Of a DNA stretch of 64,000 nt, positions 1-12,254 are shown piece by piece (position 1 is the first letter of the stretch; each line of letters starts with the position of its first letter). Both the position numbers and the translations under genes were made by a program. The notes beneath the pieces were generated by a model, which saw nothing but the letters and a program-made list of their open reading frames with translations, was not told the origin of the DNA and made no database searches. This DNA is from Squalus acanthias (Eukaryota): contig CM059432.1 in NCBI GenBank assembly GCA_030390025.1, positions 32,862,001-32,926,000 on the forward strand. Reading direction: 5' to 3'.

Positions 1-748
1 GTTCCCTTCACCATCCTTTAAATGTAAAGCAGTGAAATTCAAGAAGGCACTGACAATGTAAGGAAAAAATTTGCAGGGCTATGTGGAAAGAGCAGGGGAG
101 TGGGACGAATTGGATAGCCCTTTCAAAGAGCCAGCACAGGCAGATGGACAGAATGGCCTCCTTCTATGCTGTATGATTCTACACCCTATTTCTCAGTTGA
201 CAATCCATCTCATCCTAACTTCTGAAAGACTGGCAGCTATCCAAAGCAAATCTAGCATACAGCAGCATAAACATTGTGCAAGCAAGCCATCAAATATAGA
301 AAAATCTGATGGCTTTGGAGACTACTGGAATTCCCCTCAAGGGATGCACTGGAGTTCAGGGATCCCACTTTGAAAACATGCATTGGTACGGTTTTCTGGG
401 AATTGGCAGCAGTTGTTTTGAAACCAATGTTTAAAATCAGGAATGTTAAGATAGTACAAAGAGTTCTTGTCACTCAGATCCCAAGAACAAATATATACAA
501 AAAAGCCAATGCAGTTGCAGGAGCAGCACTTCTTGCTTAACCAATTCATTACATTTCAAGAATCCAATGGGAGCTCTGAAAGAAGGAAGCCCTGCCTGAA
601 AAGTAGAAGAGGATTTCTGCAGGAGAGGACAAGAAAAAACAGAATTTATTCCGTAACAAAAACTTTATTTAACAGAGACTCGATCTTAATCAGAAACTGG
701 TCTTATTAAATCCAGTAAACAGATTACCTTAAGTGGGATATAGTTGTG

Positions 749-1160
749 AATTGGACAGGCTGGATCTCTTTTCTCTTGAAAAGAGAAGGGTGAGGGGGTG
801 ACCTAATGGAGGTCTTTAAAATGATGAAAGGTTTTGATAGAGTAGACACAGATAGTGCTCCCACTTGTGAGAAGAGCAGAACTACAAGGTAGTCACCAAG
901 AAATCAAATATGGAATTCAGAAGAAACTTCTTTGCCCAGAGTGGTGAGAATGTGGAACTCACTACCACAGGAAGTGGTTGAGGCAAATAGTATAGATGCA
1001 TTTAAGGGGAAGCTAGATAACCATATGAGGGAGAGGGGAATAGAAGGTTATGCTGAGAGTTAGATGAGGAATGATGGGAGGAGGCTCTAGTGGAGCATAA
1101 ACACCAGCATGGACTGGTTGGGCCGAATGGCCTGTTTCTGTGCTGCATATTCTATGTAAT
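749..1160 (+). mobile_element. CR1 LINE 3' end fragment
   Basis: Decayed LDRLDLFSLEKRRxRGDL...RNFFxQRVVRMWNSLP coding tail plus 3' UTR; similar to 25885-26330. Confidence 0.85.
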
Positions 1161-1694
1161 TGGTTTTGGTAACAGGCTAGCAACCCAGAGGCCTTTTTAA
1201 GTTAAAGTCCCACCATGGCAAATGGTTGTCATACCACAGTTACCACTCCCTATACAAACACGGAGAACCAAATAATTCTTATTCAGTGTAACATGTTGCA
1301 TTCCATACACCTTATCTGATAGAAACTTGAACTGAATAAATCCAGGCCAGGTTGCTTCCACTATTGGACTCTCCGTGCATTTCAAACCTGACTGGATCAA
1401 GGCCAGATAGGATTCACAGCACACACAACAACCTCGAGGATGAGATAAAGTAAACTGGAAGTTGTTTTAATCGAAGGGCAATCTAGGACATCATCCCATT
1501 AACCCCTTTTACTGATCAGCAATACTTAACTAAAGCTTCTTGCAACGTTTTACCTGGGCCCTACTGCGGAGACTGGGAGCTCAGTTTATGGGGAAGGGAA
1601 TCAAATTAAATGGACAAACATACAGCACATATGGCAGCACCAAGCCTAAGAAATACAGTCTGCTTATGGAGATTATGGGAAAAAAAAAACTTAC

Positions 1695-1887
1695 CTTAAG
1701 CTTTGAGCATACTGTAGCTCTGCAGTAATGCATGAAATTCAGAATGTTTAAAGTGCTCACTCCTAGGCTGAGCAGGACACTGAGATCATCTACAATCAGT
1801 ACTGGAAATTTCCAAGTAGGTTCGCTGGTCTCCAATAGCGATATACGAACAAATTCATAGAGACACTGAAGACTTGCATTGGGAGAG
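1695..1887 (-). CDS. ELP6: ELP6 coding exon 5 (SPNASLQCLYEFVR...PVLIVDDLSVLLSLG...FMHYCRATVCSKLK); gene continues beyond the window start
   Basis: ttccag|C...AAG|gtaag, 193 nt, completes the phase-2 codon from exon 4. PVLxVDDLSVLLSLG and HYCRATVC are ELP6 motifs. Confidence 0.96.
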
Positions 1888-2224
1888 CTGGAAGATAAAA
1901 TATTCACTGAAGAAATGCTACTGTCACAATCTGAAACATTGAAACCCCTTACTCAGTCTTGACTTCATCCTGCAATCAATAGGTTTTTAAAACCCAAACT
2001 TGGCATTACCTAACCATTATTTAGGTGGGAAGGTAAAAGAAAGGGATGCAAAAAGGAGAAAGGTCAGCAGGATTCCCACTCCTGATTATTTTCCAATGAA
2101 CCCTAAAATGCACGTATGGATGTCAGAGGCTATGATGCTCTCCATGATCAAATACATCATGCTAACACTCACTATTTAGGCTCACATGAAGAATGGTCAC
2201 GTGCATGCAGTATTGTAAACAACT

Positions 2225-2332
2225 GGTGCCATGCAATATATACCATTCAAGGTGCCATGCAATATATACCATTCAAGGTGCCATGCAATATATACCATTC
2301 AAGGTGCCATGCAATATATATCATTCAAGGTG
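2225..2332. repeat. 26-bp tandem repeat x4 (GGTGCCATGCAATATATACCATTCAA)
   Basis: Four near-identical consecutive units. Confidence 0.95.
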
Positions 2333-3499
2333 TCAATGTGTTTAAGATAGTAAGAATAGGAGGGGACATCTCTATGAGCAAGGACCTCCTCGTATGCTAG
2401 ATTTAACGTATAAAGGGCATACTATTTCTCTGTAACAAGCAAGGAAAGTAAAAGCGGAGGGGGATCAGTTTAAAATTACATGGTGACCTTGCAGGAATCT
2501 ACCATATTTAACTAGCTGCCGTGACACCTGGTCTTGGGTTTCTTCGGGGTGGCAGAGAGGAGGACTGGCAAAAGTAAGTCATGTGACCTCAGAGAATCTT
2601 GTTTAAAAACTGCACATGACCTGCCACTAGACCCTCATTATCTTAGAGATCACAAAGATGTAGGTTGAAAAAAGAAATGTCACCAGACATGCTTTAACAG
2701 GCGTTGGAGATTTAAAATACATAGTTGGGGAAAAATACAGTGCGTGTCACTCCACATGTGCCTCCACACTATATACCCACCCCACCATAAACTCCAACTT
2801 GTCCATATACTACAAATCCTCACTTCCCCATTATCCTCTTCCTCACTGACCTACACTGGCTTCCCATCACCCAAGAATCCAATTTAAAATCCCCAGCTTC
2901 AAACTGATCCATGGCCTTGCTCCTCACTTCCTCTGCAGTCCAAACTCCCTCCCTCCAAGGCTTGCATCCCCTCCCACATCTGTCAGTCCTCAGACTTTGG
3001 TCTCCTGTGCAACCCCCTTCTCTGACCACTGTTGTTAGGAGATCTTTAAGTCACCTCAGCCCTACCTTCTGGAACTCATTCTATGAACATCTCTGCCACT
3101 CCACTTTTCTACCCTTTTAAAAACAACCTTCTCCCATCTTTTTCACCTAGCCTTCAGTCACTTCTCCTAACCACACTCTCCCAATGCTTGGCACCTGTTT
3201 CTCTGCTAGTTTAATGTAAAGCACCTTGGAGCATTTTGTACATTAATGATACTATATAAATGAAAGTTGTCATTTGGGCATGCTTAACTTAAAAAAACAC
3301 CATTCCTCATCATTGGCAACCCTCACTATAATGAGGAAAACAAACTTCATACTTGCCCCTTAAACTACACAGTTTTAATTGGAATAATTAGAAAGCTGGT
3401 TGTGGATTTACAGCTGTGATTCTGTACAGTGAACTCCCAATCTCTGGCTCATGGCCAGTGACAACTGGACCTAGATAATTCCTCGGCAACATAATCAAG

Positions 3500-4440
3500 A
3501 TGCTTCCTTATTGTGAAAACCATGCATTTTCCACAAACAGCAATGAGGCAAATAATCAGATAGTCGGTTTTGGTGATGTAGGTTGAGTAATGAGTACTGG
3601 CCAGCACACCAGGAAAAATCCCCATCTCTTTTTCAAAGTTACGTGGAATCTTTTATATCCACCTGAACAGGTAGACTCAGTGGAATTGAAAACACCTCCG
3701 ACAGTGTAGCACTCTCAGTACTGTGCTTAAGTGTCAGCCTAGATTATGTGCTCAAGTTCCAAGAGTGGGGCTTGAACCTGTGACCTTCTGACTCAGAGGC
3801 AAGAGTGCTATCACTGAGACAAGTTGACATTGTGAAATAAAAATTTGAAGGAGCACCATTCAGGGCCAGCATGCACACCTATCAAGGAGATGGGCAGAGA
3901 GTAAATCATGTGCATGTCTAGCCTTGAAACTGGGGGAACAGTCTGTGGCTTAGAAAGATGAAGGTCTGTGTCAGCTTTGCTTTCGCCTGTGTCAGAAGGT
4001 TGTGGGTTCAAGCACTACTCCAGGAACTTGAGCACATAATCTAGGCCGACACTTCAGTGCGGCACTGAGGGAGAGCTACACTGTCGGAGGTGCGGGCTTT
4101 CGGATGAGACGTTAAATCGAGGCCCCGTCTGCCCTCTCGTGTGGGTATAAAAGATCCCACAGCACTATTCGAAGGAATGGTGGATTTCACACACCCCTCC
4201 CCATTCCCTAACTATTGGCCCCAGTGCCCTGGTCAATATTTATCCCTTAACCAACATCACAAACAGATTATCTGGTAATCACATTATTGTTTGTGGGACC
4301 TTGCTGTGCGTAAATTGGCTTCCACTTTTTCTACATTCGAACAGTGATCATACTTCAAAAGTACTTAATTGGCTGTAAAGCGCTTTAAGGCGTCCTGAGG
4401 TTGTGAAAGGTGCTTTAGAAATGCAAATTATTTCTTTATT
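3500..4440. mobile_element. Two divergent tRNA-head SINEs, DeuSINE/SacSINE1-like (- ~3500-3820; + ~3965-4440)
   Basis: B-box GGTTCAA, central GTGGGAxCTTGCTGTGCxxAAATTGGCT block and L2-like tail. Same family as 8945, 26480 and 47165. Confidence 0.7.
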
Positions 4441-5911
4441 CTATGAAAAAACCAGCAAAACAGATTATGAAAAATAAAGCCACATTTATTGCCTTTCAGA
4501 CATTCCTCACACCATCGTGGTGCAGCAGATACATTTTAACCATTGTGTCAGCCTCCAGCTCCTCACGTCTACAGCCCTGCTCTTTTCAAGGGCATCCACT
4601 ACGTAGTCAGCAGGGCAAGGCTGTGACACAGACTTTAACATTGACCGCTGCTCTCCAGAGCGATGTTTCAATTGCCAGATAACAGTAGTCAAACAGCTGC
4701 TAAAATCAAGGCCAATAATGCTGTCAGATAAAAGGACAGGCATTCAGTTTCAAGTTCTACCTACCATGGAGCTGTGAACAAGGTGGGGGGGGGGGGGGGG
4801 GGGGTGGGTGGTGGGTGGTTGTGTGGGGAAGTGAAACTATATACTGGCTTCGCTGTTCCTACAATTCTCGCTTATCCTTTACCTTCTAGGGTATGGGTCC
4901 AGAGTAACCATACATCCTTGGGCAGCTCACGCAAGTGGTCAATACACACGTGAGCTTTGAGAATGAGTGCCAGCAGGAGGGGTCTCCACAGTGGAGCTCA
5001 ATCCTATCCTCACCTGTCATCCACAGAGTTATACATTGCAGCAGTTGAGCTGGAAGGATGGTCCACTAGATCAGGAATGGTGGTTTTCCACAACCCCATC
5101 CTCTTATTCACTAACTGAGACTTGAGCATAGCTTTTACTAGCCTCCTTTATCACCACAGCAGCATAGCCCTCTCTTGCCAATTTAGGTGTTTTTCAAGCA
5201 CCCCCTGATGGGGATGAAGCAAAGACATTTACACTAAATGAGCAGAGACCGTTACCTGCACGTTTAAGTGGGAATGACGTGGCTGCCTGCCCTCTGATCC
5301 TCGCAAGCCACTCAGCTGTATCAAACCTACGATGGCCAATAAATGCCAGCGATATCCACATCCTGAGAATGAATAAATTAATTTATCTCTGGAGTATAAT
5401 TTCTGTTAATGGAATTTGAAGCGAGTGATCAGATGGGCTTATTTCAATATCTACACAAGACCATGAGAAAAGACCATACAAGTCCATTGAAACTCATCCC
5501 TGGACTACCCTCACGTTGCATAATAGAATCCAACTGCAGTCTGAACATTCCTTAAAATATTTTTGCCTCTACTACTCACTAGCCAGACTATCGCCCTGTG
5601 AGTAAATAAGTTCTTCCCATCTGAATATATGTTTTAAATTTACTCATCACAAATTTAGATATTCTCTGGGTACAGTACTGTAATGGCCACATTACTGGAA
5701 TAGTAATCCAGAGGCTTGAACTAATAATGCAGAGATTGTGAGTTTAAATTCCACCGTGGCAGTTTGAAAATTTGAAGCCAGTAAAGAAGCATCTGGGGCT
5801 GATATTTACAGGCGGTTACAGCTGCCGTCTAATCTCAACAGTTCTCAGGTTACTAGAATTACTTGGATTTACTTATTAATTATTTATTTTCTTTCACCAC
5901 ATATCCATAAC

Positions 5912-6585
5912 ATAACAAAGACCGCCTATTTCCACCTCCGTAACATCGCCCGTCTCCGCCCTTGCCTCAGCTCATCTGCTGCTGAAACTCTCATCCATGC
6001 CTTTGTCACCTCTAGACTTGACTATTCCAACGCACTCCTGGCTGGCCTCCCACATTTCACCCTACGTGAACTTGGTCATCCAAAACTCGGCTGCCCGTGT
6101 CTGAACTCACACCAAGTCCTGTTCGCCCATCACCCCTGTGCTCGCTGATCTACGCTGACTCCCAGTTAAGCAGCGTCTCGATTTCAAAATTCTCATCCTG
6201 TTTTCAAATCCCTCCATGGCTTCACCCCTTCCTATCTCTGTAATCTCCTTCAGCCCCACAACCCCCGAGATATCTGTGCTCCTCTAATTCTGTCCTCTTG
6301 AGTATCCCTGATTATAATCGCTCAACCATTGGTGGCCGTGCCTTCTGTTGCCTAGGAGCTAAGCTCTGGAATTCCCTGCCTAAACCTCTCCGCCTCGCTA
6401 CCTCTCTTTCCTCCTTAAGACGCTCCTTAAAACCTACCTCTTTGACCAAGCTTTTGGTCACCTGCCCTAATTTATCCTTATATGGCTCGGTGTCAAATTT
6501 TTTGTCTTAAATACTCCTGTGCAGCGCCTTGGGACATTTTATTACGTTAAAGGCGCTATATAAATACAAGTTGTTGTTGTTGTTC
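5912..6585 (+). mobile_element. L2-clade LINE 3' fragment
   Basis: ITKTAYFHLRNIARLRP...LIHAFVTSRLDYSN coding remnant; ends in (TTG)n tail. Confidence 0.85.
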
Positions 6586-7173
6586 TTTCTTTAGACAGTG
6601 GCCTTACTAAGAGAGGCCAGACTGGCAGATAGACATCACAGACTACTTGCGGATGCTTCGGGCAGACACTGCGCGTGTGCGCACGTGTTTATTTTTTATT
6701 AATTCTCAGGATGCGAGCATTGTTATCAAGACCGGCATTCATTGCCCATCCCTAGTTGCTCTCGAGGAGGTGGTATGGTTTTGATGCAACTAAATGGTTT
6801 GCTCGGCCCACTTCAAAGGGCAGTTAAAAGTCAATCAAGTTGGCGAGATTGGAGTCACATAGAGGCCAGACCGGTAAGGATGGCAGGTTTCTTTCCCTGA
6901 AGAAAACTATTGATCAGATCTAACAAGGGTCTCTGCTTGAAAGCAAAAGAAATTTCAAACCAGCTTTTTTCTTTCAGATGCTGACGGACCTGTTGTGGAT
7001 TTCCTGTTCTTGTATCCGAGAAAGAAAAATTACAAAGGGAAGCCAAAAGAACTTGTGTTAATCTAGAACTCAAGTCTCTACAACTCCCCGAAACAGAATC
7101 ACTGTTTACAACATTGCACGCCGCAATTTAGAACACTACTCGTGTCCCTGATGGGCATCTGAAGGTACAGTAC

Positions 7174-7307
7174 CTTAGAAATTGGAGAGGAGATGGTGTT
7201 TGTGGTGTAATGTCCTGCCTGTCACCAAGCATGAGGTCAAGAGAAGACCGGAGTCCTTCCAGAAACACCAGCTGTCCCTTTTCTCTGGCTGCAGACAGAT
7301 TAACTCC
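7174..7307 (-). CDS. ELP6: ELP6 coding exon 4 (GVNLSAAREKGQLVFLEGLRSSLDLMLGDRQDITPQTPSPLQFL)
   Basis: ttacag|GGA...CTAAG|gtactg, 134 nt. ARExGQLVFLEGL motif of ELP6. Confidence 0.95.
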
Positions 7308-7769
7308 CTGTAACACAAGGCATGATTATATTACAGAAGATCCGAGAAAGACGACTGCGATGGTTTGGGCACGTTTCAGGAAACAGAAACAGCTAGAGTA
7401 CCTTTCATGGCCCTGCGTTCAGAGCTACACGGAACAAGAAGCCGAGGGAGACCAGGGAAGTGCTGATTAGACAACGTCAAGAGTGACTCATCACAGAAAG
7501 GGATACAGATGACTGAAGCAGCCAGGCTAGTTCAGAACCAACAGTGGAGTAAATTTCTCGGCCCCATCGTCGCTGCTGAGCTGACGGATCTGTATTTAGT
7601 CGTAGAGTACTACAGTATGTAATATTGGAAATGTGCAGAACCAGAAAAAACCTGGCCACAAAGTTTATAAAAAACAAACACACACACACTTCCACCCAAA
7701 CAGCAACACCAAAACATCTTGAACGTACCGCCACACAGTCTAACAAGCTTACCCATCTTCCAGACTTAC

Positions 7770-7840
7770 CAGCTTTTGGGCTACGAGACTGTAATGATTA
7801 AAGGACTGGACCAGGCCAAGAAAGCATACTTTGCAACCTC
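7770..7840 (-). CDS. ELP6: ELP6 coding exon 3 (GGCKVCFLGLVQSFNHYSLVAQKL)
   Basis: ttgcag|GAG...CTG|gtaagt, 71 nt, phase 1 in and phase 0 out. Matches ELP6 CKVCF...QSFxHY. Confidence 0.95.
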
Positions 7841-8861
7841 CTGCAAAACACAAACAAACATTTGGCTCAGTACTTCTGAAAAAGCTACATACCTAACTTA
7901 AACCTGGTTTCCGCTTTGTATTTCTGCCGACAGCACTCTCTCAGGAAGTGTTGACTCTGCCCCAAATAGTCCTCAGCTTCAGACTGGGTTCCAATAATTC
8001 TACTGAAACACAGTTACAAGCTGAAAAAACACATCTTGAAGGAAATTCCACACTGCACCAAAGTCAGAATTCCAATTAGCCACGCCTAATATATACAAGC
8101 TGTATGAAATACCTGCACATTCCTATGTTTTTATTCAGAGGGAACTGACTTAAAACAAATTGATACTGAAAAATTGGGACTGGCCCTATTCCTTCCTATG
8201 TCTCAGGATACTCTCCTGCAACATTGTCAAATAAATATTAGGAGATATGAAGGGATTTGATAGGGTTAATGTGGAGAAACTTGTGGTTGAGTCTAAAACA
8301 AGGGGCCACTAACAGATCAAATAAAGAATTTAGAAGGAATTTCTTCACACGTGGAGTGGTTGAAGCAGCTAGCACTGATTCATTTCGGGGAGGCTTGATG
8401 TATACATGAGAGAAGGGAAGAAAGGGATACCAGGGGAGGGGGGGTGAAGGGGGGGAGGAAAGAGGTCATTAGAGTGGGAGTAGGCTTGTGTGGAGTATGA
8501 ACACCGGCATAGAACAAACAGCCTGTTTCTGTACTGTAGATTCTATGTGATACTTAGTTGTCAAATGGGGCTCAGACTGCAAGAACTTGTCGTCAGGACT
8601 GCAAACAGTAGCAAACTTTCCAGTAGGCTTCATTGGGTAGTGATCAGCTGTGGAAAACATGGGCTTTTTTTTTTAAATGCCCTACCCAATATAGCAGCTA
8701 CCCAGCCTGAAATCAATTACCTCAGTACAGATCATACCTAGTACCTTCCTGGAGAAATTATATAAGGGGAAAGCATGAAGGTAAGAGCGGCCATTCATTC
8801 ACTCACTCAATCAAGTCCATCCTTCCATGGTCAACATACTCCAGCAATGTACTCTGCCCCC

Positions 8862-9290
8862 CCCGTCTACATATCATAGATGTTTACGGCACAGACGGAG
8901 GCCATTCGGAAAAGAACTTCTACATCTACTACAAATACTACATGGTAGTTAGCTATGGCTCATTGATGGCACTATCGCCTCGGAGTCAGAAGATTGTGGT
9001 TCAAGCTCCACTCCAGAGACTTGAGCACAAATTCTAGGATGACACTCCAGTGCAGTGCTGAGGGAGTGCTGCACTGTTAGAGGTACCCTCTTTCGGGTGA
9101 GATGTTAAACCAAGGCCCCGTCTAACCTCTTGGCTGGATGTAAAAGATTCCATGGCATTACTTCGAAGAAGAGCAGAGGAGTTCTCCACGGTGTCCTGGC
9201 CAATATTTATCCCTCAACCAACATCACTAGAACAGATTATCTGGTCATTATTGCATTGCTGTTTGTGGGAGGTTTAGGTTTTTTTTAATT
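8862..9290 (+). repeat. Copy 1 of a near-identical ~430-bp inverted duplication (CR1-tail fragment + SINE)
   Basis: Reverse complement of 14997-15424, with about 1 substitution and 1 homopolymer difference seen. Confidence 0.9.
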
Positions 9291-9914
9291 CACATGGACC
9301 GTCACAGTGTTATGCGCAGTATATTTTCCATTTCCACATTTTATAAAAAAGGACAGAAGTACAGACAATGGTAGTCAAATCATTTAATGATTCCAGAACA
9401 GGATACTTGGCTAAAATAAAAATAAATGCACAGAGCCTTATGGTAGAACTGCAGCAGGATGGGTCACTTACCAATTAACCATAGAGAGGCAGCTCGGTTT
9501 TAAATGAAATCACTTTCACGACACTGAACACCAATGTATTACAAGAGTGACATGGAGTACAATTTTCCATCAAGGACAAATAAGGCACTTATCTGTCCAG
9601 AAGATCACTATCCAGGTTATCTAAGGACCTTGTACTGCCTGCCTATCAGTGTTCCACTATTTGCTCTATTCGTAGCACCAGTTCATTACTGCAACCTTGG
9701 GAAAACTTCCAAAGCAAAGAAACAGCACCATAGGGAGGGATTCCTTTGCTTTGGCCCCTTCCCACCACTGATCACCTCACTGCGATATAGTTCCTTTGCT
9801 TTGGCCCGCTCCCTACCATTGATACCCTTGCTACGGTATAGTTTCTTTGCATTTGCTGCCTCCCCACCATCAGTACGTTCACTATATGGTTCCTTTGCTT
9901 CGGCCCCTTCACCC

Positions 9915-11256
9915 TCAGTACAGCTACAACACTGGCATCTATCCGACAATGTGGAAAACTGCCCAGGTTATGTCCTGTCCACAAAAAGCAGGACAAATCG
10001 AATCTGACCAATTACTGCCCCATCAGTCTACTATCAATCATCAGCAAAGTGATGCAAGGTGTCGTCGACAGTGCTATCAAGTGGCAGTTACTCACCAATA
10101 CCCTGCTCACCGATGCTCAGTTTGGGTTCCGCCAGGACCACTCGGCTCTAGACCTCATTACAGCTTGGACAAAAGAGCTGAATTCCAGAGGTGAGGCATT
10201 TGACAGAGTGTGGTGTCAAGGAGCCCTAGTAAAATTGAAATCAATGGGAATCAGGGGGGAAATTCTCCACTGGTTGGAGTCATACCTCGCACAAAGGAAG
10301 ATGGTTGTGGTTGTTGAAGGTCAATCATCTCAGCCCCAGGACATCGCTGCAGGAGTTCCTCAGGGCAGTGTCCTAGGCCCAACCATCTTCAGCTGCTTCA
10401 TCAATGACCTTCCTGCCATCATAGGGTCAGAAGTAAGGATGTTCGCTGATGATTGCACAGTGTTCAGTTCCATTCGCAATTCCTCAGATAATGAAGCAGT
10501 CCATGCCCGCATGCAGCAAGACCTGGACGACATTTAGGGTTGGGCTGATAAGTGGCAAGTAACATTTGTGTCATACAAGTGCCAGGCAATGACTGTCTCC
10601 AGCAAGTGAGAGTCTAACCACCGCCCCTTGACATTCAATGGCATTACTATCACCGAATCCCCCACCATCAACATCCTGGGGGGTCACCATTGACCTGAAA
10701 CCTAACTGGACCAGCCACATAAATACTGTGGCAACAAGAGCAGGTCAGAGGCTGGGTATTCTGCAGCGAGTGTCTCACCTCCCGACTCCCCAAAGCCTTT
10801 CCACTATCTACAAGGCACAAGTCAGGAGTGTGATGGAATACTCTCCACTTGCCTGGATGAGTGCAGCTCCAACAACACTCAAGAAGCTCGACACCATCCA
10901 GGACAAAGCAGCCCGTTTGATTGGCATATCATCCACCACCTTAAACAATCACTCCCTCGACCATCGGCGTACCGTGGCTGCAGTGTGTACCATCTACAAG
11001 ATGCACTGCAGCAACTCGCCAAGGCTTCTTCGGCAGCACCACCCAAACCCGCGACTTCGACCACCTAGAAGGACAATGGCAGCAGGTGCATGGCAACACC
11101 ATCACCTGCAAGTTCCCCTCCAAGGTACACACCATTCTGACTTGGAAATATATCGCTGTTCCTTCATCATCGCTGGATTAAATTCCTGGAACTTCCTCCC
11201 TAACAGCACTGTGGGAGTACCTTCACCACACGGACTGCAGCGGTTCAAGAAGGCAC
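9915..11256 (+). mobile_element. CR1-group LINE (family B) RT fragment, frameshifted
   Basis: ORF pieces with QFGFR, GVPQGSVLGP, MFADD. Confidence 0.9.
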
Positions 11257-12254
11257 CTGTTGGATTGGAATGACCTCATCCGCAGTCAAGTAATTTTTTT
11301 CCGACACGGTTCTAATATTCTGCAATTGGATTAGCTACAAGGAGAGATTATGTAATATGGGAATCTTTACACAGAAATTAGGTGGCACATGGGAGATCCA
11401 AAGGGTACAGACAAATTGACCCCATACATTGTGCTTGACAATCAAACTCTCCAACAAAGGGATCAACCTCATCAGCAAGGTGAGACAGTTTAGGTTTAAC
11501 CACATTACACAGAGCATGGTTAATTATTGCCCCCAACTGCCTTGGAGAAATGCCAGAGGTGGATAGCATAGTTAACTGTAGGAGAAAGGCCCCAAGAATT
11601 GCCTTAAATGTGTCCTCAAAATGGAGTCAGTAGTCAAGACAACACTAGGCAGAATGCTAATTAAACCATGAAAGGCTTACACAAACAAAAATATTCCTCA
11701 CCAGGGATAGATGACATCAGGACCACAAGCCTGTAGATGGCTCATTAAGGGAAACATAAAGATGTCCTGCCTTATTTAGACCTGTGTGCGATCCCTTTGT
11801 TTGCAAAGATCCAAGAAAGTAGGGAGTAAACAAACGACCCGACACGTCTGGGGGTCGGTGCTTCGTTGATTTGAAGGTCATTGAGGGTGGCACCATAGCT
11901 GTGCAAGGTGATTGACCCCAGAAGGGTGGAACTCTCCTAACATGTTTCACTCAGATTGGTCAAGAGAATTGAGGTTTATTTGGAACGTGAATGAATGGGC
12001 AATAATTTGCTGTCAAAATAATGGTGAGGTTGATATCGCTCGAAGTTATTTATGCACAAATTGTACAGCAACTTTAGGCGAGGTGCAGATGCGCGATTAA
12101 ACTCAAATATCCAAACGTTACTGTCAGAGTTGCCATTAGCTTCACAAAAACAGCATCTTGCTGCCTGCCTCATCATTGACGCGCATTGATTGGCGTGAAG
12201 TTGCTGTATTTACATGGTTGATATGATCTAAACTCGTCACATTTGAGACCATTT

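Noticed and set aside
4507..4743. 78-aa ORF in non-repetitive ELP6 intron 4 sequence
   Set aside because: No recognisable homology, and ELP6 exons 4 and 5 join in frame without it.
4785..4830. Poly-G/GGT run
   Set aside because: Simple low-complexity tract of uncertain length.
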